A stretch of 64,000 nucleotides of DNA from Adineta vaga (taxonomy: Eukaryota; Animalia; Rotifera), in the NCBI GenBank assembly GCA_021613535.1, contig CP075494.1:3534001-3598000 (forward strand), given 5' to 3'. Below are positions 36,378-46,576 of the stretch, piece by piece. Below the pieces are notes generated by a model that saw only the letters and a list, made by a program, of their open reading frames with translations, was not told the origin of the DNA and made no database searches. The translations under genes were made by a program, and so were the position numbers. The stretch's first letter is position 1. Each line of letters begins with the position of its first letter.

Positions 36378-36496
36378 TGACATCTATCTACATTTTGTTA
36401 TTTTTTTCGTTTTCATTTTCTTTTGTTATTGTTGCTATATAAGTTGTTGAAAAATAAAAGACAGTCAGTTATGTTCTAACGGACTATACACTCACG

Positions 36497-36532
<36 letters not shown>

Positions 36533-37412
36533 AACATAACACTTTTCGTGATATTGGATACACATGGATAGATGATTCACCAGTTTCACTTCGTTCAATG
36601 CCAGGTTACACGTTCGATACAACATCAAATAAACATTTATCTTCAATGGTTAATGAATATGATGATGATCATATTGAAAAATTTACTGAAGAAATTTGAC
36701 AAAAACAAAAACAAAAGCATGTTTCAATCAAAACAACTCAATTAAAGATAAGTAACATGTGAAATTAAACTAGGTTTTTTATATTTATATATATTTTTAT
36801 AATTTTGTTATTGTTTGATGAAAATTAATAAATTGAAGAAATTTTGAAGTATTCAGTTCTTTTCTTTATCAACTGACGCATTAGAAGATTCCCCTAATTA
36901 GAAGACCACTTTGTCCAAATTTTACACGAAGACATAGTAGAAGACCCCGGATCTTTTAACCTGGGGGGAGGGGGGATTTAGTGCATATTTATAGAACGTT
37001 ATTGCCAATTGTAGAGCTAAACATACCGATGATTTTAATAATAAACTGGTAGATGTTTCATCATTTTTCGGATGAGATATAGCTCAATTAATATCTTCGT
37101 AGCTAAAATGTACAGAAAATGTGATTTTTTCGTATCAATCTTAATAGATTCCGTTAATGAACATATGTAATTAAAGCTCGTTAAATTAAGTGATCCGCTC
37201 CTATCGAACAAAATCGTCGTAATTTGGAAATGCTTTTATGCGAATTTATACAATTACTGTATCCATAACTCAAGATGAGAAGGAGGCAAAGAACATAAAT
37301 ATAAATGCTTATTAAAATCAGACTAAATTTTATTTCAAAAGATTGATAGCTAGCTCTATATTATTTATTCAAGCAAAAATAGTTGTATAATAAGGTAATA
37401 TCATATATATTA

Positions 37413-38282
37413 TTATATAATAATTGATGTTGATACTTTATTGTAATCACTGAAGTTGTTGTAATAATAGCGATACTGAACTATGAAACCTGCCAATGTG
37501 AAACTAGTGCCACCACACACGAAAAGAATTGATGCTCGATTTTGGTCGACATCATTAATATTGAAATAAGGAAGAAAACAAATAGTACCCAGAAAGTAGA
37601 AAAGACCTCCAAGTCCTGCACAACTATCACCTAGTAAAACTGGTATATCTCTGAAGATATGTCTACATTTCAATTCATAATTATTTGAATCGTCAATGTT
37701 CTTATACGCCGAGCGATATATTTTCCAAATTTGTGAGAAAAAAATTGCTGCGGAACCAACAATAAAGAGCCATTCACCAAAAAGTATATATTTTTCGAAT
37801 GCTGGTATGAACAATATTGATCCAGCGAGATAGAGAACTGATCCATAGACAGATATTGAGAAATTTATACCAGTTTCAGCTCGTTCAATTCGACCAAATA
37901 GAGTGCTTAGTGAATGTTGAAAGACATCAGCATTCGCGGCCTCAAAAGCATCAGTATGTCGCCGGTCCAAAAAACAACCGATTCGATAGAACCACCACTC
38001 TTGAAAATCAGCAAACAGAAAAAAAATTGAGCCAATCGTAAACATAATTCCGCCCACATATAATGCTAAAGCCCACTGCTTCATAATGCTTGGAAAATAC
38101 ATACACGAGCCAACAATAAAGGACAAACCCCCTATCATATACATCGTACCATGAAATACACGCCATACGATTGACTGTGATCGAGTTAAAACGTTTTCAT
38201 TTCCAGTTGTAATCAATGAGATCTCTATCGTAGCAGATGTCTTCGTTTTATCCATGCTATCGCTATTTTCAATATATGTCAT
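37413..38282 (-). CDS. YrhK-like repeated-hairpin membrane protein, intronless
   Basis: 289-aa ORF with repeated TM hairpins IGGLSFIVGS..FP, GSVLYLAGSILFIP..GEWLFIVGS, LGGLFYFLGTICFLP. Confidence 0.7.
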   Translation of the reverse strand: MTYIENSDSMDKTKTSATIEISLITTGNENVLTRSQSIVWRVFHGTMYMIGGLSFIVGSCMYFPSIMKQWALALYVGGIMFTIGSIFFLFADFQEWWFYRIGCFLDRRHTDAFEAANADVFQHSLSTLFGRIERAETGINFSISVYGSVLYLAGSILFIPAFEKYILFGEWLFIVGSAAIFFSQIWKIYRSAYKNIDDSNNYELKCRHIFRDIPVLLGDSCAGLGGLFYFLGTICFLPYFNINDVDQNRASILFVCGGTSFTLAGFIVQYRYYYNNFSDYNKVSTSIII

Positions 38283-38611
38283 TATACTATGTTTCTACTT
38301 TCCGATTTTCCACAGTAAACTTCTTCTGATCTATAAATAGTTTCCAAAAATGAATATAATTGTTCATGCAAAACTTTTTCGCCTCTAGAAGCATCTAACC
38401 ACATCTAATAAACGCAGCTGAATGTATTAGAATGCAGAAATGGGCAACGCCAACTCGGAGTTAAAGATTCCTATCTCTGATTTACACGCAATCAATGATG
38501 AATTTGGACTTGTACTCCTCATATCAGCAAATTGCACAGATACAATTTTTTTTCCATATGATCATACAAACCATCTATTTACTTCATTATTATCTAGTGA
38601 CATATCTTACG

Positions 38612-38880
38612 TTTAAATACTTAGATTTAGATGTGACTTTGGATTTGAGTAGTAAGATTTGAAATTGGATTTGGGATCTGGTCTCTTTTTACTAGAATAG
38701 AAAGGTAAAGTCTTAGCAACAATCATGCAATTACCAGAAATATTCTATGACTGAAAAAATGTCATTGTCTGGAGACCAATCTAAACCTAAATTTGTTTCC
38801 CAAACTAATTTCCGAGTCTCACATCCAATTCCAAATCTTCATATTCAAATACAAACGTTAGTTCAAGTTTAAGTATTTGA
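38612..38880. mobile_element. Degenerate foldback/MITE
   Basis: TTTAAATACTTAGATTT...GGATTTG repeats mirrored by CCAAAT repeats...AAGTTTAAGTATTTGAA. Confidence 0.5.
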
Positions 38881-39020
38881 ATATAAATTTTTATTGAAAT
38901 TTTATTCTTTAAATTTATTTCAGGTGCAAATCAAAAGTAAACCCCAGTAAAAATATACGAATGTGTGTCGCAGTGTCAAAAATAAGGTTATCAAAAACTC
39001 GTATCATAGAGTCTCTATAC

Positions 39021-39367
39021 CAGAGCTAGGACAAGTACTTGCGGTGTGCTTGGAGTACACCGATTAAATTTCTTCGATAAATAATTTTCGGAAGCCATTC
39101 ATTCAGCTCATTCGATACAGCTTTTTGATCTCTACAAAGTGGCATAGCTTACTTTGAAGTACGGAAGTCTCGCTTTTCCCTCCTTGTTTCGTACAGTTTT
39201 ATGTTTTAAAATCTGGATACGATCAGAACAGAAAAGTAAGATATATCACTTTGTAGAAGTGAAAAGGCTGCATCGAATGAGTCTAATGGCTGGCTTTCGA
39301 AAATTGTTCAATGAAGAAATTTAATCGATATACTTCAAGTACACCGCAAGTACTCGTCCTAGCCCTG
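39021..39367. mobile_element. hAT-type foldback MITE, 347 bp, ~125-bp arms
   Basis: CAGAGCTAGGACAAGTACTTGCGGTGT... versus ...ACACCGCAAGTACTCGTCCTAGCCCTG; flanks CTCTATAC / CTCCATGC (6 of 8 TSD match). Confidence 0.85.
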
Positions 39368-39929
39368 CTCCATGCGCCAAATCCAAACAAATTTAGTGCG
39401 AGTCGAAATTTCACGAAGGATTTGTCGCTCCTCTACGAAGGTAACTATGCATCTGTATTATTTTGATAAGCACTCTTTTTCCCTTTCTGTCACTCTAGAG
39501 CCATGTGATAGATGATTGTATACTTCAATAAACATATATTTTCCTCTAGAATAACGAAAAACAAGCGCAATCTCGCCGAAAAAAAATGAAATAATCCAAT
39601 AACATAATGAAAGAGCACTTGCGAAATTTGAAGTTAACAAAATACATAAGTCATGAATAAAATTCAATAGAGTGGTTTCTTTTTGTTCATAGCGTGCCGT
39701 TAGCGTTTTGATCTCTGTTCGAGCAAAATTGTTCTTTTTTCTTCATAGAACAATATATCTGGATGAAACTTATCAAGAGGGCTGTTGAATTTATTGTACC
39801 AACCAATGTCAGAAGAGACTAATAAATACCTTTAAAGAAAACAACCCATATCTTTCGTATAATTATTCGTGCAAAATTGAGGTTCGACACGTTTCAACAT
39901 TTTGAAGGTACCCATGTAAAGCATTGAAA

Positions 39930-41887
39930 ATTGACAAATTTTAATACTACTAAAATACAAACATTTATGCTTAAGCACACGTGATTTAGAGGTATTAAAT
40001 GAATTTGTTTCATTATTAACACTGCTTGCTGATGTGACAACAAAAACTCAACAACAAAATGCTCCATCTATTTCATTAATTGCTCCTAGTATTTTATCGA
40101 TCTATTTCGATTTAAAAAATGAAAAGAATATTGTTCATTATATGACATCATTATGCAATGCTTTATTATCATCATTTTTATCACGATTTGGTGGTTTATT
40201 AGAACAATTAGAAATCGATATAAGTGAAACAGACGTTGTTTTCGAAAAAAACAAAAAATTTTATGATTTGTAGAGAGATCCTGTTTTTCTCTTTACACCA
40301 TTTTTGGATGGTATGCTCAAGCTTGAATGGGTCAATTCATCTGATCTTTCTAATCAAGCTAAACAACGAGTATATGAAAAAATCAAGCATTTGATACTTG
40401 ATCAAGCTGTTGTCATTGAATATGCTAATTAGAACGGTGATGAACCTAATACCGAGGTAAGTGAAGAACAACAACAAGCATCCAGTGCTCAAGCATTAGA
40501 TTCACCTGGACTAAAAAGGAAACATCTTTTTTCTAACATTCAAAATGACCAGAAAAACAAAAGAAAAGCTGCTGATCGATACACATCTATTCAAGAAGAA
40601 ATTGCTAACTACATCACAGATACTGATTATGATAGTATGATGCTTTTACGATCACCAAGGTCTAACTTAAACTCATACCACACATTATCAAAATTAGCTA
40701 CAAAATATTTATGTATTCCAGCAACTTCTGCTGCTGTTGAACGAATTTTTTCACATAGTAGTTTTCTTTTTAGACCTCATCGTGCTCGAATGTCATGTAA
40801 AACTCTTCAACAGTTAACATTATTGAAATATAACAGTGAAATTTAGTTATATTATTTTGTTATCTAGCACATTTGTTTTTTTTTCTTGCCTATAATCGTG
40901 TTGAAAATTTACTTCTTTTCATATAGAATGAAAGTATCATATTGATCTTTTCAAAAATAAATGAGATTGATGAAATTTAGCGAAAAATCTGCTTCACTTG
41001 ACTTAAATTCGGTTCGATTTATTTCAAGTCAACAAATGACTTGACTTGACTTGAATTTTAACTTCGACTTGACGATTTTCAGATATGATTTGACGGTACT
41101 TCTTCAGATTGACGACACCTTCATCTGATTGGTGAACTTTATGGAAGGAAAGAAAGAAAATTTATTGGCTCATCTGCTTAAATAGATAGAACGATAGATA
41201 GAGGGCGTTCGTTTATAGTCTAAATTAATACTGATTTATAGAAAGAACAAATAATTATATCTAAACGAGATTATGGATCATTTAATTATTGATGTCCCAT
41301 AAATAGCACCCTCTAGCAGTAACTTATTTAATTTACAATGGCTTATTCTCCAGTTCCCGCTCTTGATGATCTTTCTGTTCGTGAATGGAATAATTTAACT
41401 GATAATTTAGAACAAATTATTAACTTCTGTCAACGTGTTGGCTTACTACACACTTATCCAATTGAATTATGTCCGAAATTACATAATAATTGGTATTTAG
41501 GGTCATGTTCAAAGTCGATTGATAAATGTAAATGGCGATGCCGAGTATGTAAGTCCTCTCGTCCCATACGTAAAGATACTTTTTTTGAGCATAGTAAACT
41601 TAAATTACAACAAATACTCGATCTTATGATGTATTGGTGTCAGCGTTTAGATTCGCATAAATTCATTAAAGTATGCTCACTATAAACGAACGCCCTCTAT
41701 CTATCGTTCTATCTATTTAAGCAGATGAGCCAATAAATTTTCTGTCTTTCCTTCCATAAAGTTCACCAATCAGATGAAGGTGTCGTCAATCTGAAGAAGT
41801 ACCGATTTGACTCGACTCGACTTGAAATTTTCAAAAAATGCTTTTGACTTCACTTGGATCAAAAACCCGATGACTTGCCCATGTCTG
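39930..41887 (+). mobile_element. 5'-truncated second hAT element: transposase remnant plus right end
   Basis: KLATKYLCIPATSAAVERIFSHS (40637-40846); DVTTKTQ..APSISLIAP; subterminal TTGAC repeats; terminus TGACTTGCCCATGTCTG; left boundary approximate. Confidence 0.75.
41095..41803 (+). mobile_element. Merlin (IS1016/IS1595-related) internally deleted transposon with 125-bp TIRs and 8-bp TSD
   Basis: TIRs 41095-41219 and 41679-41803 start GGTACTTC and differ at 1 position; perfect TSD GATTTGAC on both sides; ORF 41338-41685 has a Zn ribbon plus IRKDTFFEHSKLKLQQILDLMMYW and no DDE domain. Confidence 0.9.
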
Positions 41888-42082
41888 ATTTGGAGATAAA
41901 TGATTGTTTGTCGAAGAAATAGAAATTGAGTTAGAAGCATCAATTAAAACAGCTGTTACTGTTTCATTTGTATCAAGATTGTTGTTTGCGTTTGTATTCA
42001 GAGCTGTGAAACCAAACGAAGAAAGATCTTTAAACTTTTTTACTGGCATTGTTTGATTAGATTAGAAGCACGAATTATAACT

Positions 42083-42171
42083 TTGAGGGTGTGGATGTGG
42101 GTGTGGGTGAGGGTGGGTGTGAGTATTAGGACTTGGTTTCTCATCGTCACCCACACCTACACCTATTCAAG
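42083..42171. repeat. Telomere-like inverted element
   Basis: TTGAGGGTGTGGATGTGGGTGTGGGTGAGGGTGGGTGTGAGT-spacer-TCACCCACACCTACACCTATTCAAG. Confidence 0.88.
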
Positions 42172-42809
42172 ATTCTGAATATTGCATTTAAGTAACAATT
42201 TTGTTGATCAGTTAAACGAAGTATGACAATCCAATGGCATAATTGAGATTGATTATTAACAATAATTTATTAGGCAGACGAAGTAATTTTAATGAAGAGT
42301 CATTTTTATCAATCTTGCTCTTTGTTGATCGAATCATAATTGCTTTCGTTTTTATGTGCAAATTATTTCAATGATTGTTACAGAGAGACGTCACTATATA
42401 CATAAAATGAATTAGATCGCAAATTTTCTTAACATAATGTTGGTTTGTACATGTCTCTCTATATCTGTGCAAAGACTGGAGAAGGATGGACGAGAAATGC
42501 ATAAATAACACTTACATCTTCAAATCAATTTGCACAACTTTGCTCATCCTTGATATCTTTCAGAATAGAGTCATATTTAAATGAGAGCAATTTGGGAGTT
42601 CATGGTACTCATTTCGAATTCACTCACACAAATATATTAACAAGTACTATATTACTGAAAGAGCAGTAGATTTTTATTTTAAGCACAAATAAATATTGAT
42701 AAAGGATAAAAATAATTGAATAGAAATGCTTATATATGATGACATGATGAGAAAAAAAAATATTTAAATCACACTTTTTCTTATTATAAGTACTTGAAAA
42801 GCGAAAAAA

Positions 42810-43876
42810 ATGTTGACAAAAACGATTTTTCTTTATTTCTTAATTTTTCTCATCAAGTAGGTTATTCACTTTTATTTTTTAGTTTATAAAATATTACTTT
42901 TTGTTTTAGTTTATCAAGTAAATATCATAATTCAAATATCGTTTCTTTAAATTAATTTATTGAAATAGATTCGGAAATATGTCCAACAGCTATATGGTCA
43001 AAACAGGGAATAACAGTAGCAGGCGGAAAAAACTATGGAAATAAACTTGATCAATTAGCTGATCCTTATGGAATATTTCTTGATAATAATGATAAAATTT
43101 ATATTGCAGATCGTTCTAATCATCGGGTTGTGAAATGGGAACAAAATGCAACAATTGGGCAATGGGTTGCAGGTTTAACAGTTGATGGAGATGATACTCA
43201 TGAACTTCCATTAAATATGCCGAACGATATTGTTGTGGATGAAAATGGGACTGTTTACATTACTGATGCAGGAAATTATCGTGTTGTTCGCTGGTATCTC
43301 AATGCGGAAAAAGGTGAAGTTCTTATTGATAGAATTCAAGTTATTGGAATTGCACAAGATGATCAAGGATCTGTTTATGTGTCGGAATATGCGAAAGGTC
43401 AAATAACAAAATGGAATTTTAATGATGATGAATTCGTTGGAGATATTGTTGCAACAAATATAGGTCATACAAATTTCATCTTTATTGATAATAATCGAAC
43501 GGTTTATGCTGCTGGAATTTTAGCAGATCGAATACTAAAAATTGTTGAAAGTAATGATGAACCGATTCTTGTTGCTGGTCATTATGATCCTACATCTGCA
43601 AGTGATGCTTACAATCATCTTAATCATCCATCAGGTGTTTATGTTGATCAACAAGGATCAGTTTATGTAGCAGATACAGGAAATCATCGAGTTATGCGTT
43701 GGTTAAAAGATGCAACAAATGGAACATTAATTGCTGGAGGAAATGGTGGAGGTGCGGCATCAAATCAATTAAATTATCCTTCAGATGTATTTCTTGATCG
43801 AGCAGGAAATTTATATGTTACTGATACTTTAAATAATCGTGTGCAAAAATTTCTTGTCGATAAAAGTTCTTGTTAA
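42810..43876 (+). CDS. Secreted NHL-repeat (beta-propeller) protein, 3 exons including an 8-nt microexon
   Basis: MLTKTIFLYFLIFLI/NLS/NSEICPTAIWSKQGITVAGG...; NHL repeats YIADRSNHRVVKW, YVADTGNHRVMRW, QLNYPSDV. Confidence 0.85.
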
Positions 43877-43953
43877 AGAAAATAATCAAATTTCAATTTG
43901 CGAAAGCAATAAACGATTTTTAAAACAAAGAGTTTCATTGATTTACCATCTTC

Positions 43954-44017
43954 AGAGGGTGGGTGTGGGTGTGGGGTTGGGTGTAGGTCGATTTTCATAT
44001 AGGATTACCATCCTCAT
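43954..44017. repeat. Telomere-like inverted element
   Basis: AGAGGGTGGGTGTGGGTGTGGGGTTGGGTGTAGG-spacer-CCATCCTCAT. Confidence 0.8.
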
Positions 44018-44191
44018 CTTTTGTGTGATGTAATAATTATTTGATTTTTTATTGAAGGGAGAAAAGTTGTTGCTGTTATCAAAATACGACTTAAATATAC
44101 TACTGAAATCGAATGGCAAATGCAGATTAATTATAAACACAATGTACGAAATGAATGAGAATGTCAGTATGAAGAGAACAAATGATGATGC

Positions 44192-44749
44192 TCAATCAAG
44201 ACGCTTTTTCGCCAAATACGTACAAAACTATAATGAAAATCAATCATGAATGTCTTTTATCTAAATTATGTTAAAAATGTATTTTACTTCGTTGAATTCA
44301 CTAGTACCACTATGGTTTTTATTAAGCGAATTAAATTCTTCTTGCGAAGCCTTTCAATATCAAAATGATTACCCATTAATTCATGACCATGTTTGAATTC
44401 CTCAAAACTAATAAGCTTCTCATTGTTTGTGTCCATACGCTTAGAAATCTGATCAAGTTGTTCATAATATTGAAGAAAATCGATCTTTATTTTTTGTTTT
44501 TTGAATTATAATCACGTACGCCAGATTCATCCGCGTGTTTGAAAGCAATTTCAATCACATGTTCTCTCGAATTCAAATCCGGCCGAGTCTGAAAAGCAAA
44601 TCGTTTGACATCCGATAACGAAGGATAACCTTATCCTTTTATGTCTGTTTAGTTAAACACCTGCAACGTCAGAATAAAAAATATTTAGTTCGCAATATAA
44701 ATATTAAATTTATGTTTTTGATCTTTTCAGGAGCTATAGCCTCCGACAT
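44192..44749 (-). pseudogene. EF-hand protein, flagellar calcium-binding protein (calflagin)-like, disrupted
   Basis: Manual translation VFN*TDIKG*GYPSLSDV..VIEIAFKHADESG..LQYYEQL..MDTNNEKLISFEEFKHG..EFNSLNKNHSG..FNE/FCTYLAKKRLD*; not in the ORF track. Confidence 0.65.
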
Positions 44750-44946
44750 AGTAATGTAGAAATAAGAAGACAAAAAAGAAGAGTATTCTAACTGAGAAAT
44801 CTATAATGAAAAAAATATTGAGTAGAAGTGAAAACTTGAACCTAAAAATATAAGGCATGGCGTTTAGATTGTCATAACTCTCTTAATTCCAACGATTCCA
44901 TTGAACTACAGGATACACAAGATTATCTAGTGTCCCTAGACTTTCA

Positions 44947-45008
44947 AGGGTGTGGGTGTGGGTAGAGAGAGAGACGAATCCCACACTCACACCTATCCTC
45001 ACCCTCAA
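44947..45008. repeat. Telomere-like inverted element
   Basis: AGGGTGTGGGTGTGGGT-AGAGAGAGAGACGAAT-CCCACACTCACACCTATCCTCACCCTCAA. Confidence 0.88.
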
Positions 45009-45328
45009 GATGATCGTATCTTTCTTTAGCAAAATATGTGAATTATTAAATAAGCGTGACGAAAGCAATTCGTACCATCATTAATCTTTTCTATCGATTA
45101 CACAAAAGAAAAACTAACATAATCTTTTCTTTACTCAGTGTGCGCGCTGTATTTGTTTCTTCAAATAGATAACTGTGATACTATCATTTGACGTCAATAT
45201 CTTACGTCTTTAACATTATTCATGATGTTTGCATTTCATTTTAGTCCGTAATATCATACAGAAGATAATAACAGAGAAAATGCGATATAAATACGTATTC
45301 ATTTTATATCGGCTTCATTCAACACAAT

Positions 45329-46110
45329 ATGCAGTCAAAATATTTCTGTTTTCTTCTAATTTCGCTATTTTTTATTTTCATCGATGGACAACGACGTTGT
45401 TTATTCAATTGTACAATTAGTGGAGTTATTGGTCAACCACTTACTATACCTGAATCTTGTGGACAATACGAAACAGCAGATGATTGTCGCGTAGATATTG
45501 ACTTCGCTTATCATGATCAACAATATAAAGTTACTTTTGCAACAGCATATGTTTCTTTTGGTATGCAATCAATTTTATTTCGCCAGACTATTATTTATTA
45601 TACGGAGATATGCTTTCATGTGATAATAATGACAATTGTGCTGTCGAATTTGCTCAAAACAAGGTTCTTGATCTTGGAAGTCGAATATTCGATGTTCGTA
45701 ATGTAACTACACAATTAGCATCTATTCTTTTAGAACAACGACAAACACCACTTCGTTGTTATGATGACGATGAATGTACATCTGGTATGTGTAGAATCGA
45801 TTTTAATACAGCTACCAATACGATAAATAAAAGAATTTGTGACCCGGATGCATTTGAATCTAGAGTATTTGTAAGTGATAATGGCCGTTCATCGTCGTTG
45901 AATATTAAGTGTAACAGAACACGATGCAATTCTCTTGATACAAGTAATAAAGTAAAACAAATTCTTTATCAACATAATTTAACAGATATTAATGGTCAAA
46001 TTAATCCAAATATTCCAACTACTACAATTATTCCATTTAGTGGCGGAGGAAAGAATACAAGTTCGATTATTTTTCTAATAAGTTTTTTGTTCACTCTTTA
46101 TTTTCATTAG
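45329..46110 (+). CDS. Secreted Cys-rich, probably GPI-anchored protein; 1-nt frameshift in a T run near 45575
   Basis: Signal peptide in ORF 45329-45706; Cys-rich continuation and hydrophobic tail in ORF 45610-46110; adding one T joins them (QSIFISPDYYLLYGDMLSC). Confidence 0.65.
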
Positions 46111-46576
46111 TTATTATAATTTAAATCATTATTTTTTCTTTGTTCAGTTTTATATTGAGGATTTGATTGTGTCATTTTCTTGCTGAGATTATATTGATTC
46201 GAATATTTTCGTTCAAGTAATAACAATATTGTTTTTACTATCTTAATGTTTTATAATTTTTTCAAACAAACATTTGATTTATTAAATTCACATATTTCGA
46301 TGCGATTTCACAAGATTACAGCCTATTGTTTTATATTTTACACTAAAGATGCACTACTTCTAACGGATAATTTTCTGTTGAGAAAAAATGTTATTTTTAA
46401 AAGTTAATACAGACTAATCAATATTTTCTCTCCGTTTTACGTCAGCAAATGGTAACCCTTTCATGATATTTATTTCCATGTTTTCATCAAGATGTGTTAA
46501 ATTTTAACATATGTGATAAATAAAATAACGAAGAGGAATCATTTTCTTGAAAGAAAAACAAAACTCATTTCATTTA

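Larger units (their letters stand above)
31073..36985 (+). mobile_element. Decayed pogo-like (Tc1/mariner superfamily, CENP-B HTH + DDE_1) transposon, interrupted by a hAT element
   Basis: Degenerate TIRs CTCCTCCCCGCATTAAAAGACC / GGATCTTTTAACCTGGGGGGAG with subterminal ATTAGAAGACC repeats at both ends; ends approximate. Confidence 0.65.

Noticed and set aside
36498-36527. (CT)n microsatellite
   Set aside because: An ordinary simple repeat inside the pogo remnant.
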